From: Rhodobacterales bacterium
GTDB lineage: Bacteria > Pseudomonadota > Alphaproteobacteria > Rhodobacterales > CAZPXZ01
DNA length: 64,000 nt
Reading direction: 5' to 3'
NCBI GenBank assembly: GCA_965219495.1
Contig: OZ244777.1
Span: 93,193-157,192 of the forward strand
The translations under genes were made by a program, and so were the position numbers. Numbering within the stretch: position 1 is the first letter of the stretch; each line of letters begins with the position of its first letter. The notes below the pieces were generated by a model. The model ran no database searches. It had not been told where the DNA came from and saw only the letters and a program-made list of their open reading frames with translations. Below, in pieces: positions 20,905 to 29,898 of the stretch.

Positions 20905-21573
20905 TCAGATATGCAATTTGTACCGCCTCTCATGCCAGGACGCAAACTGACTGAGCATTGTTGTCATTGCCAGATACAGTATCGCTGCAGCGATGTAGAA
21001 ATCGAATGGTCGAAACGTGGTAGCGATGGCCATCTGTGTGAAGAGCGTAAGTTCGAGAACGGTAATCGTAGAAAGCAGAGATGTGTTCTTCAGTGTGTTG
21101 ATGGCTTCATTCGTGAGCGCGGGAACGATGATCCTCACCACCTGGGGCAGGATGATGCGTCTCATCATGAGAATTGGCCCCATTCCAAGAGCTTGGGCGG
21201 ACTCGCCTTGTCCACTTGGAATTGCCGCGAGTCCCGAGCGGAACACCTCGGCGACGTACGCGCCGCTACCGATGGAGAGTGCAACGACGCCCGCCACAAA
21301 CGGTGAAAATACCAGACCGAATTGGGGCAGCGCGAAATAGATGATGAATATCTGTATCAGCGAGGGCGTTCCGCGCATGAACCAGATGTAGAATTTGCAA
21401 GGATAGCTAAGAACGCCAAACTGCGAGTTCTTGCCCAACGCCGCGAACAGTCCCAGGACCCAGCTGAAGACGATGGAAAGCAGGGCGACCTCCATTACGA
21501 TTACGCAGGAATACAATAGCCCGGGCCCATACTTTCCGTAGGAGTTCCAATATTCGATAAAGCTGCTTTCCAT
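20905..21573 (-). CDS. Polar amino acid ABC transporter permease
   Basis: RGTPSLIQ, AYVAEVFRSG, GQGESAQALG, LKNTSL. Confidence 0.92.
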   Translation of the reverse strand: MESSFIEYWNSYGKYGPGLLYSCVIVMEVALLSIVFSWVLGLFAALGKNSQFGVLSYPCKFYIWFMRGTPSLIQIFIIYFALPQFGLVFSPFVAGVVALSIGSGAYVAEVFRSGLAAIPSGQGESAQALGMGPILMMRRIILPQVVRIIVPALTNEAINTLKNTSLLSTITVLELTLFTQMAIATTFRPFDFYIAAAILYLAMTTMLSQFASWHERRYKLHI

Positions 21574-21606
21574 GGCAGAATCCCTCGTGTGTCGCGTCTT
21601 GCGATC

Positions 21607-22404
21607 CTAAAGGTGGTGAAGAACACGGCTCAGAAATTCGCCGGTCCGTTCGTTGCGCGGATGCGAAAGAAGTTCCTGGGAAGGTCCCATCTCGGCGATT
21701 TCGCCGTCGTGGAAGAAGGCCGTGCGCTGGCTGACATGGCGCGCAAATCCCATCTCGTGGGTTACGACAAGCATCGTCATCCCCTGTTGCGCAAGTGACA
21801 TCATGAGATCCAGCACCTCGCCCACCAGTTCCGGGTCTAGGGCCGAGGTCACTTCGTCGAACAACATCATCTTGGGATCCATGGCAAGTGCCCGGACAAT
21901 CGCCACCCGTTGTTGCTGGCCGCCCGACAGTCTGTTCGGATACTCGTTGCGCTTTTCCGCGAGACCGATGCTCGCCAGGAACGCTTCCCCTTGCGCTAGG
22001 GCATCGGCGTACGGGATCCGCTTTACCTTGACCGGCGCTTCAATGACGTTCTCCAGCACCGTCTTGTGCGGCCATAAGTTGTAACTTTGGAACACCATGC
22101 CAATCGACGTTCGCAAGACCTTGAGCGCCCCTGCACCCCTCCATAGCGTGCCGTGGCGCCGATAGTCGACGGGTTTACCGTCGAAGATGATCTTTCCGGA
22201 TGACGGCGTCTCGAGAAGGTTGACACAACGCAACAGTGTGCTCTTGCCCGACCCACTGGCCCCGATGATCGCGATCACCTCCCCTTGCTGGACGGTAAGG
22301 GAGATTCCCTTCAGCACCTCGGTTTCGCCAAACGACTTTCGGATGTCCGCGAGCCGCAATAGATCACCGCGTGTTTCACTGGATTCAGTTGGGTGCGATA
22401 CCAT
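21607..22404 (-). CDS. Polar amino acid ABC transporter ATP-binding protein (GlnQ-like)
   Basis: [36 protein letters not shown]; start approximate. Confidence 0.92.
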   Translation of the reverse strand: MVSHPTESSETRGDLLRLADIRKSFGETEVLKGISLTVQQGEVIAIIGASGSGKSTLLRCVNLLETPSSGKIIFDGKPVDYRRHGTLWRGAGALKVLRTSIGMVFQSYNLWPHKTVLENVIEAPVKVKRIPYADALAQGEAFLASIGLAEKRNEYPNRLSGGQQQRVAIVRALAMDPKMMLFDEVTSALDPELVGEVLDLMMSLAQQGMTMLVVTHEMGFARHVSQRTAFFHDGEIAEMGPSQELLSHPRNERTGEFLSRVLHHL

Positions 22405-22634
22405 GATACATTGCTTTCTGGATGGGTCTGGCGACCGCCTATCGGGCGCCAGCGGGCGTATGAGCATGGCGAAGTAGGCGCGAGGGATCGTAGCCGGTTT
22501 CACGTGTCTCCCTTCGCAATCGGAGTATGACTGGCCCGCCCGGCGGCGGCTGATTTATTAGCTATAGTCGCTTCCGATCTGTCAAGCATGGCCGGTCGCG
22601 AGGATCGTTCGCGGCGCGCTACAGGGAGAAAGCG

Positions 22635-23750
22635 ATGTCAACAAAGTCATTTGAAGAGCTATTTCGCAGAGCAGCCCAGCGTTCCGCAGAACGCTCGATC
22701 AAGTCAAACAGTTCGTTTCGCTCAGTCATGCCGATGTTGCGCCACGACGTGCCGACATTCATTGAGGCGCCGCACGATTGGGACAAGCCGGACAGCGACA
22801 TTGTCTTCTGCGGCTTTCCATATGAAGGCATCCGGCCACGGGACACACGGACCATGATAGAGCCAGGAATTCCTCTCGAAAACACGGTCTATGCGCGTGA
22901 CGGGGCGTTCGAAGCGCCCGATGCAGTCCGCCGCCATTCGCTCCACTATTCCCTGGCGCACGGTCCTGGCCTCCATCATTATGAAATTGATCCCGAGTTT
23001 TGCTTGGCCGCCAACATTTCCATCAGCGATGCGGGCGACTTGCCAGTCGATCTGACTGCCCCCACGGGTTCGATGTTACATGAAGCCTCGGACCAGCTCG
23101 GCACAATCATCGGCGCCGATCGAGTCCCCATTCTCATGGGCGGAGACGACATTACTCCGTATGTAGGTTTGCGCGCCGTAGCGCGACAGCGCAAGTCCCG
23201 GATCGCCGTCATCAAGTTTGATGCACATTTCGATCTTTGCTGGGAACCGCGCTATTGGGCTGGGTCGCAATGGGCGCGGGCGATGGAAGCTGGATACTTG
23301 CTGCCAGAAGACCTCGCCATTATTGGCATCCGGGGATTTCGGAATCCCAGCGTGTTTGGCGAGGTCGCCCACGAACTTGGCGTTCGCTACTGGACGCTGC
23401 CGGCAATCGGCGAGAAGGGAATTGTAGCCTGTGTTCACGAGGCGGTTGACGCCGTCACCGGACAGGCGGACTTTCTCTACCTGTCTTTCGATGTGGACGT
23501 GATGGACCCGGCATTCCTGCCGGCGCAGAAATACCCTGAACCGGCCGGCATGACGGCGCGAGAGGCGGTCCGAGGACTGCGCGCGGCCGTTGCGGCGGGG
23601 CCAACGCTTTGCGGCTTCGATCTAGCCTGTTTGGCTCCCCGGTATGATGTCAATGGACTGGGCTGTCAGCTTGCCGCACGATTCGCTGTGGAGGTAATCT
23701 CCAGTCACGCATATCGGCGTTCGTCGGCGCTTCAAGCCAATCCCGAGTAG
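22635..23750 (+). CDS. Second, divergent ureohydrolase (arginase family)
   Basis: GGDD, DAHFD, SFDVDVMDP, PEPAGMT; GGGAG ribosome site. Confidence 0.85.
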   Translation: MSTKSFEELFRRAAQRSAERSIKSNSSFRSVMPMLRHDVPTFIEAPHDWDKPDSDIVFCGFPYEGIRPRDTRTMIEPGIPLENTVYARDGAFEAPDAVRRHSLHYSLAHGPGLHHYEIDPEFCLAANISISDAGDLPVDLTAPTGSMLHEASDQLGTIIGADRVPILMGGDDITPYVGLRAVARQRKSRIAVIKFDAHFDLCWEPRYWAGSQWARAMEAGYLLPEDLAIIGIRGFRNPSVFGEVAHELGVRYWTLPAIGEKGIVACVHEAVDAVTGQADFLYLSFDVDVMDPAFLPAQKYPEPAGMTAREAVRGLRAAVAAGPTLCGFDLACLAPRYDVNGLGCQLAARFAVEVISSHAYRRSSALQANPE

Positions 23751-23859
23751 AGAGAGAGACTCCGTTCTTCGAGCAAGACCATTGCCGAAGCGCGATGCGC
23801 CGAGACTGAATTCGCATTTGCGTCGATGGTCAATGCCCACTTGACTGTCTGCATTCCGG

Positions 23860-24120
23860 CGAAATCCTGGAAACTCCGGTCGAGGCGCTGCAGCACATCC
23901 CGGAACACCTGCAGGCCGAGGTCGGCGAACTCGGGAAATTGCGGATCGCCGTCAAAGACTTGCATTGGTCGTAATAGGAAATCGAAATCCCGCCTTCTCC
24001 CAGGCGCCGATGCGCTCCTCAAGCGCGGCGTTGTAGAACCGGCAGCAAAGCCGGAGCACCTCGCCAAGACGGCGATGCGCGGCCGGGGTGAGCCGTGTCC
24101 GGCATTTGAATATCCGGAAC
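23860..24120 (-). pseudogene. tnpB: N-terminal fragment of a TnpB (IS200/IS605 RNA-guided nuclease), frameshifted
   Basis: FKCRTRLTPAAHRRLGEVLRLCCRFYNAALEERIGAWEKAG, then in shifted frames ISYYDQCKSLTAIR and QVFRDVLQRLDRSFQDF; no RuvC domain present. Confidence 0.72.
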
Positions 24121-24173
24121 ACCGGTCGGGCGCCACCGGTGGGAGAGGCGGGATTGGGTTGCATCGGAGTTCG

Positions 24174-24596
24174 CCGATCTACGTCTACAAGGCCGAGCGG
24201 GTCTGCGCCCACGTATTCCTGTGCATGCTGGCCTATTGCCTGGAATGGCATCTGCGCCGGCGCCTGGCGCCGATGCTGTTCCAGGACGACGATGCCGCCG
24301 CCCGGGCCCGGCGCAACTCGCCGGTCGAAAAAGCCGAAGTCTCCGACCGCGCAAAGCGGAAAGCCGACACCAAACGGACCGACGACGGCGACACCGTGCA
24401 CAGCTTCTCCACCCTGATGCGCGATCTCGCCACCCTGACCCTCAACGAGGTCACCCTGCCCGGCGCAACCCGGCACAGTTTTCCGTTGTTCGCCGTGCCT
24501 ACCCCCTCCCAGCAAAAGGCCTTCGAACTGCTCGAAGTGGACCCGACCAAGTTTGTTGCCAGTAAACTGGCAGGCGGATTCCCGATAACTTTCTGA
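24174..24596 (+). pseudogene. C-terminal fragment of an IS1634-family transposase
   Basis: PIYVYKAERVCAHVFLCMLAYCLEWHLRRRLAPMLFQDDD...VHSFSTLMRDLATLTLN...PTPSQQKAFELL. Confidence 0.8.
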
Positions 24597-24626
24597 CACC
24601 AATGGGCTTTCGACCATTTTGGCCGA

Positions 24627-25432
24627 GTAGAGTCGGGGGGAGGCGCGCCCTGCCGTAGGTCGAAGGAGTAGCGGTTGTCCGGCGGCTTTCGCCAGATGCC
24701 GGTGCCTCAATCTCGCCCGTAGTCACGTTTCCTCACCCCCGCTCATCAAACCGGACGGGCCCTACTCAGGCATCCGGCTTACAGACGAGATCATGTCTTC
24801 GCCCACGGAAGGCTCTTGGTCTTCGGCGCAAGGTGGACTAGGCCGAGGTCATGCCACAGCCGCGGGTTGGAGCACCGCACGTATTTTTCGATTTTCACCT
24901 TGTGCTTCCGACAGAGCCACCGTCGCAGCCGCCGGGTCGCGTGTTCATCGACAGCCTTGTAGGCCGGGCTGACTTGTCCGAGGATGTAGTACTTCGACCA
25001 GCCGGAGAGCATCCGGTTCAGGCGTTGTACCCTCTCCTCTGTCGTCATCAGTCCGTACCGCGCAGCCGTCTGGTCGCTGATCTTGCGGCAGATGCTCTGG
25101 ACGCCGGCCTTGCTCGGGCGGGTGCCGATGTAGCTCCCCTTCCCGTTCCGGCGGTAGTTGCGTCCAATGCGGTATCCGAGAAACTCGAAAGCTTCGTCCG
25201 GATACCGCAGGCATCGGGATTTCTGTTTGTTGACCGGGAGCTTCAGCTTGTCCATGAGCCGCTTGACCGCCGTCAGCATCTCCGCTGACGGGGCCCTGCC
25301 GAGCACACAGACATCATCCGCGTAGTTCACGATCTTCGCGCAGTAGCGCCGGGCATAGCCCAGCTTCTTCCAGCCCAGAATGAAACGTCGCATGTAGAGA
25401 TTGCTGAGCAGGGGTGAAATCGGAGCCCCTTG
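24627..25432 (-). mobile_element. 3' half of a group II intron (RT domains 4-7, maturase X domain, RNA domains V and VI)
   Basis: Domain V AAGCCGGATGC...GTCCGGTTTG (about 24748-24780) and domain VI ending CCCCCCGACTCTAC at 24627 on the minus strand, directly after the RT stop. Confidence 0.9.
24791..25432 (-). pseudogene. ltrA: Group II intron reverse transcriptase/maturase, truncated at the RT4 motif
   Basis: QGAPISPLLSNLYM, YADD, FEFLGY, LNRMLSGWSKYY; RT0-3 absent; no endonuclease domain. Confidence 0.9.
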
Positions 25433-25799
25433 TATGGGGATTCTTTTGTCAAGGGGGGGGGCTCCAAAGTTCAAGGCAGCGCTGACGGGACGGTCCTTGC
25501 CCGAAGGACCGGCGCAGATGGAGGCTCGTGGCGAGGTGGCGATTTACCGCTCAGCGGCTCAAGGTCTTGGGGCACCGAACGGTTTCGGGTTCCGAGAACG
25601 ATGCTGCCGACAGGCCGAACTCCCGGATGTCTCCGTTCGCCGGGAACGCGGGGCACGCGCGCTGCGACGGCGCCGCCCGGAACGGCGCATGTTCGCGTCT
25701 TTGCCCGTGCGGGGCGATGCCCCCGCGATTGACGTTCGGGTTGTTGGGCGGTGGCTGGCCGGGGGTTCTGCTGCTTGTTCCGTGCCTGTGTGATTCTAT

Positions 25800-26030
25800 T
25801 GGATCCGAGGGGAACTTCTCGCCGGCGGCGCAGTACGTCGCGCCACACCCTTGTATTCGGTTGGGCCGTGTTCGGCCCGGACCATGATGCAGTGATTCGC
25901 ATCGGCGGCGCAGTTCCGAGGCGGCGGGCCCAGCCTTGCGGACGGCGTAAGAGCCATGGGGCGTCATCGGGTTGCCGCCACCTCGGATCGTGAGGGCCGG
26001 GCAGGGCCAAAGTCTGGCTTGCCCGGCCGG
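25800..26030 (-). ncRNA. Putative bridge RNA (seekRNA) of the IS110 element
   Basis: Three consecutive stem-loops; the second and third share the pattern GCnnCATGG-stem-CCGnnnnCAAGG and their loop sequences match the insertion junction at 25425-25435. Confidence 0.75.
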
Positions 26031-26044
26031 TCACCTGGTTCCGG

Positions 26045-27005
26045 CTACGGCTGCGCCGGTTTCAAGATGACGCCGGCGGGCACTTCTCCTTGTGTGGAGT
26101 AGCGCCACAGGGCGATCAAAAGCTTGCGCGCCAGGGCGACGATCATCCTCTTGCGCACCTCCTTGCCGGCGTGTTCGGTGTTTTCGCAGAACCACTGCGC
26201 CAGCTCGCTTTCGGGCTGGAACCGCAGGAAGCGCCAGGCGAACTGGATCATGCCGTTGCGCACCCGCGCATTGCCGGCTCGCGCCAAGCCTCTTTCGCGC
26301 CGTTTGGCGCCGCTCTCGTCGGGCGATCCGGTGAGTCCGCCGTACCGCGCCACCGCCCGCCGGTCGCGCAGCTTGCGGGAAAACACCTCGCCGGCGAGCA
26401 TATCGGCGGTTTCGACGCCGAGCCCGTGAATCTCGCTCAACATCCGCACCATGGCGTGATGCTTGTCGTCCGGGCGCCGCGCCATGCGTTCCTCCCGATC
26501 CGCCTCGATCGCGGCGATCTGCTCGCGCAGGAAACCCAGCCGCGCCATCTCGCGGCGCAGTTCCGCCATGGCGTTCGGCGGCGCCGGTTCGCCTTCCGGG
26601 GTGCGAAGCTCGGCAAGCAGCCCGGGCGCTTTCTTCAACTTCGGGTTGAAGCCGCGGACGCCAAGCCGTACCAACGTCGCTTTCATCCGGTTGGTCACCC
26701 GGGTCGCTTCCCGGACGAGCACTTCCCGCTCGCGATGCGCCCCCTTCGCGTCCTCTTCCTCGATCGACGGAACCGCAACCATCCGGCAATGTTCTTCCTC
26801 GCCGCGCAACCAGCCGAAGAACGCGCGCATCAAGAGCCGGCAATCCAGCCGGTCGGTCTTCGCCCGCCGGTGGTCCCGCTTCACCGGAATGCTGGTCGCA
26901 TGCATCACCAACGTCTCGACCCCGCGGGCGCGCAGCCAGCGCGCCAGCCAGAAGCCGTCGCGGCCCGCCTCGTAGGCGACGCAGATCCGCTGCATCGAAT
27001 GCCCC
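26045..27005 (-). pseudogene. IS110-family DEDD recombinase lacking its N-terminus
   Basis: YEAGRDGFWLAR, AKTDRLD, catalytic-Ser motif PDESG, GNARVR, IVALARKLLIALWR; the first acidic residue region of the RuvC-like domain appears missing. Confidence 0.85.
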
Positions 27006-27169
27006 CGTTTCCCTGCTCTTTGAAACAGCCAAAGGCGGCTGCTTGGAAAGGAAAGCAATGAAGGATCGCGCGATCCCGATTTCCAGCTTTAAACCGATTT
27101 CCCAGTCACTCCGTCAACGGAGCAATCCGGGAAAAAACAGCCCGATCCTGACGAATTAATCAGAGATAC

Positions 27170-27781
27170 AACACCATAGCGCGCCGCGTAGTCACCGGCC
27201 ATCGCACGCAGGCACAGGCTGAGCGCCTTCGAGGCCAGGTTCCGGCACCCGGTCCCGGGACGAACAAGAAAACGCGACAGCCCCACTACCCGGTCAAGAT
27301 GCGCCTCGCGGCGGCCCGCGTCCCATCCGATCCGCCGGTCGCGCGGCTGCAGCGCTAGCGCCGAGGCGGCGAACAGGCAGCCGCCGAGCCAGCCGTGCTC
27401 CGAGCCGATCAGATACCGAAGCTGCCGCCCCACATGCACAACCGCCCCGTGCGGATGTTCCCGCCGCATCATCTCGTTGAACCGCCGCCGATCCGCTTCC
27501 TCATCGACCCGCAGCGCCACAAGGCCGTCGATCCGCCCGACACCGGAACCGGGACCTGGCGGCGGCAGCACAATGCCCCCCGCGCGCTCAAGCTCCCGCA
27601 GCGCCGACAGGCATCCCGCCTCCTGCAGCCGGCCACGCGGATCGCGGAAATCGAAACGCGCGCAATCCTCGCGCACCAAAGCCGAGCGACCGGAAAACGC
27701 ATCCGGCGCCGGAAGCGCCGCCAATGTCTCCCGTCCTTCGTCCGAAAACAGGGTGCGGCGAATCAGATTCTGTGCAAGCAT
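27170..27781 (-). pseudogene. DUF4338 (DruA-like) domain fragment, probably the N-terminal part of a large IS4-family transposase
   Basis: GRQLRYLIGSEHGWLGG, RDRRIGWD, VVGLSRFLVRP, NLASKALS, DYAARYG; breaks off at 27170. Confidence 0.72.
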
Positions 27782-27825
27782 GCACCCTGATAACAGGCGC
27801 AGTAAAAAAAGTTCAGTAGCAAAAA

Positions 27826-28974
27826 GCGCAATGGGCAGCCCGCGCCCGGCGGCCTCGCTGGCGGTGTTTTGGGAAGCCTCCCGGCGGCTGTATTCGCAAC
27901 TGGTGGACCGGCATGGCCTGCGCCGCATCCCCCCTGGACCTGGATGCGACGATCGTTGCCTCGGGCAAGCGCGAAGCGCTGCCGACTTACCGGGCTTCGG
28001 CCGGGGTGTGTCCGGGGGAGACGGGGTACCAGCCGCTGAACGTGTTTTGCGCGGAACCGGGGCTGATGGCGCATTCGGAGATGCGCGACGGCAACGTGCC
28101 GGCCAGGGAAGGCAACGCCCGGGTGCTGCTGGAGGCGCTGGAACGGCTGCCCGGCGCGGTCGAAGAGGTGACGGTGCGCAGCGACAGCGCCGGACATGCA
28201 GTCGAGGTGATCCGGCTCTGCAACCGTCCGGAGACCCGGCCGGACGCCGGCGGCGCCCGGCGCTTGGGGGTGGTCGGCTTGGTGATTTCGGCGGTGCATT
28301 CCGAGGCGCTGATGAACCAAGTGATGCGAACCCCGGAGACCGCATGGAAGCCGTTCGGGGAGAAGCCGAAAGAACCGGAGGCCGAAGTGGCCTCGATTGC
28401 CGGGATCAACTTCGTGTCGAATGCCGACGGCAATCGCAAGGGGCCCGAGATCCTTCGCTACATTGCCGTGCGAAGGCCCCGGCCCGGATCGCTCGGAGTG
28501 AAGGCCAACGAGATCCCCGCCCGTGACGGCCACCCGGCCTACGGCATTCGGGCGCTGCTGACCAGCATCCCGGCGCCCGGCGGCGAGCGGCCGGACGGCC
28601 TCGGACCGAAACCGATGCCGGCAGAAGAAGTCCTGTCCTTCGCCAACCGCCGCTGCGGCGACGCCGAGCAGGTCCACGATACGCTCAAGAACAGCCTCGC
28701 CGGCGGCATCCTGCCCTGCGGCCGGTTCGGCAGCAACGCGGCCTGGTGGCACGGCGCCATCCTGGCGTTGAACGTCCACGCCTGGCTCGGCCATAGCGCC
28801 CTCGAAGCCGACTTGCGCCGGGCCCACTGGAAACGGCTGCGGGCGGTGATCCTGGTCCACGCTGCGCGCCTGGTCTGGCACGCGCGGAGATGGATCCTGG
28901 TGTTGCGGCAAGCCGGAACCGAAGAACTTCGCGCCGCCCTGGAACGCCTTTCCAGATGCTCCGCTCCCTGTTGA
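27826..28974 (+). pseudogene. IS1380-family transposase, N-terminally truncated with a frameshift near 27930
   Basis: LDLDAT, GYQPL, RDGNVPA, VRSDSAG, RCGDAEQVHDTLK, PCGRFGSNAAWW, ARLVWHARR. Confidence 0.82.
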
Positions 28975-29751
28975 CGCCGGGAGATCCCCGCTGCAACCGC
29001 CGGCAAATCCGAGCCGCCGTCGAACCGTGACCGGAAGCGGGGCGCGCCACCGAAATTCTGCGCAAACGCTCGATCCGTTACGCCTCGGTGATCGCCCGGG
29101 GCGCCGGAAAACGAATCACCCGGCTTCTCCGCGCAATTCGCGCCAAAATCTCCGCCAGAACCTCCTCAGACCCCGTTCCATAGCCGTAGCTCGCGTATTT
29201 GGGGAGTTTTTGCTTGGTTGCTTCATTGAGCGATTCGTGCCATCGTTTTTGCAAATGCGCAAGCGGAAACCGCCTTCCTGTCAACCCATGTATGTAGTAC
29301 CCAAATCTACCTCCCGGTTGCGGCCATCGGATCGTTCGCCGCCATCGCGAAGGCTTCGCTGGATCGGGCGTGTGCAGTTTCTGGAAATGCGATCGGGGTA
29401 TGTTTCCGACCCGACAAATGTTCACTGTCGAGTTATCAAACAACGATGGCGCCGGAATGCGCATTGGCTAGCTGACCATTGCCTTGGTCGCAACGTCGTG
29501 AGGAATACTGGCAGTGCGGCCTCCCGCCGGCACCGGACAATTTCGTGGAAGTGCGACCGTCGAATCGAAATATGATCCGGAATTTCAGAGAAGATGGTTT
29601 TTCAATGGCATGGGCGCACAGGCAATCATCAGCAAGAGCGGTGAGATTTCACTGAAAGGTGTGTGGGCGCATCGCGGGGTGAACAGGAAGGGGAGGTCGC
29701 AATAGAGCGCCTCCCTAAAGCGCGCGGCAACAAATAACGATGAATGCGGGG

Positions 29752-29828
29752 TGGCGCACCCGAGAGGATTCGAACCTCTGACCCCCGCCTTCGGAGGGCG
29801 GTGCTCTGTCCTGCTGAGCTACGGGTGC
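29752..29828 (-). tRNA. tRNA-Arg (CCG)
   Basis: 77-nt cloverleaf GCACCCG...CGGGTGCGCCA; anticodon arm CCGCC-CTCCGAA-GGCGG; GGTTCGAATCC T-arm. Confidence 0.97.
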
Positions 29829-29898
29829 TCCTCGACACAGTACATTTTCTTACGAAGTGCGTCCATTTGCAATTGGTGTCTTGGTGTCCGCTGCACCT

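Larger units (their letters stand above)
25429..27005 (-). mobile_element. IS110-family element with long 3' non-coding end (IS1111-like layout), 5'-truncated
   Basis: Recombinase gene, about 615 nt of structured downstream region, end sequence CTTGACAAAAGAATCCCCATACAAG abutting the intron RT gene. Confidence 0.82.

Noticed and set aside
19763-22634. Guanidine riboswitch upstream of the ureohydrolase or transporter genes
   Set aside because: No ykkC-I, paired ACGR hairpins or ykkC-III consensus found in the intergenic stretches; the hairpin near 19988-20026 looks like a simple post-gene stem-loop.
23826-24710. The 256-aa and 252-aa ORFs as real genes
   Set aside because: Both are chimeric read-throughs across the TnpB and IS1634 fragments.
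25433-25455. Sigma-32 promoter (CTTGAC...CCCCAT)
   Set aside because: Spacer is only 8 nt, too short for RpoH promoters.
24791-25474. Retron, DGR or defence-type reverse transcriptase
   Set aside because: The RT carries a maturase X domain and is followed by intron domains V and VI; the N-terminal MNFGAPPLDKRIPI in the ORF track is IS110 end sequence, not RT.
25471-26034. ORFs in the IS110 downstream region
   Set aside because: Pro/Arg-rich with no recognisable motif; the region is better explained as structured non-coding RNA.
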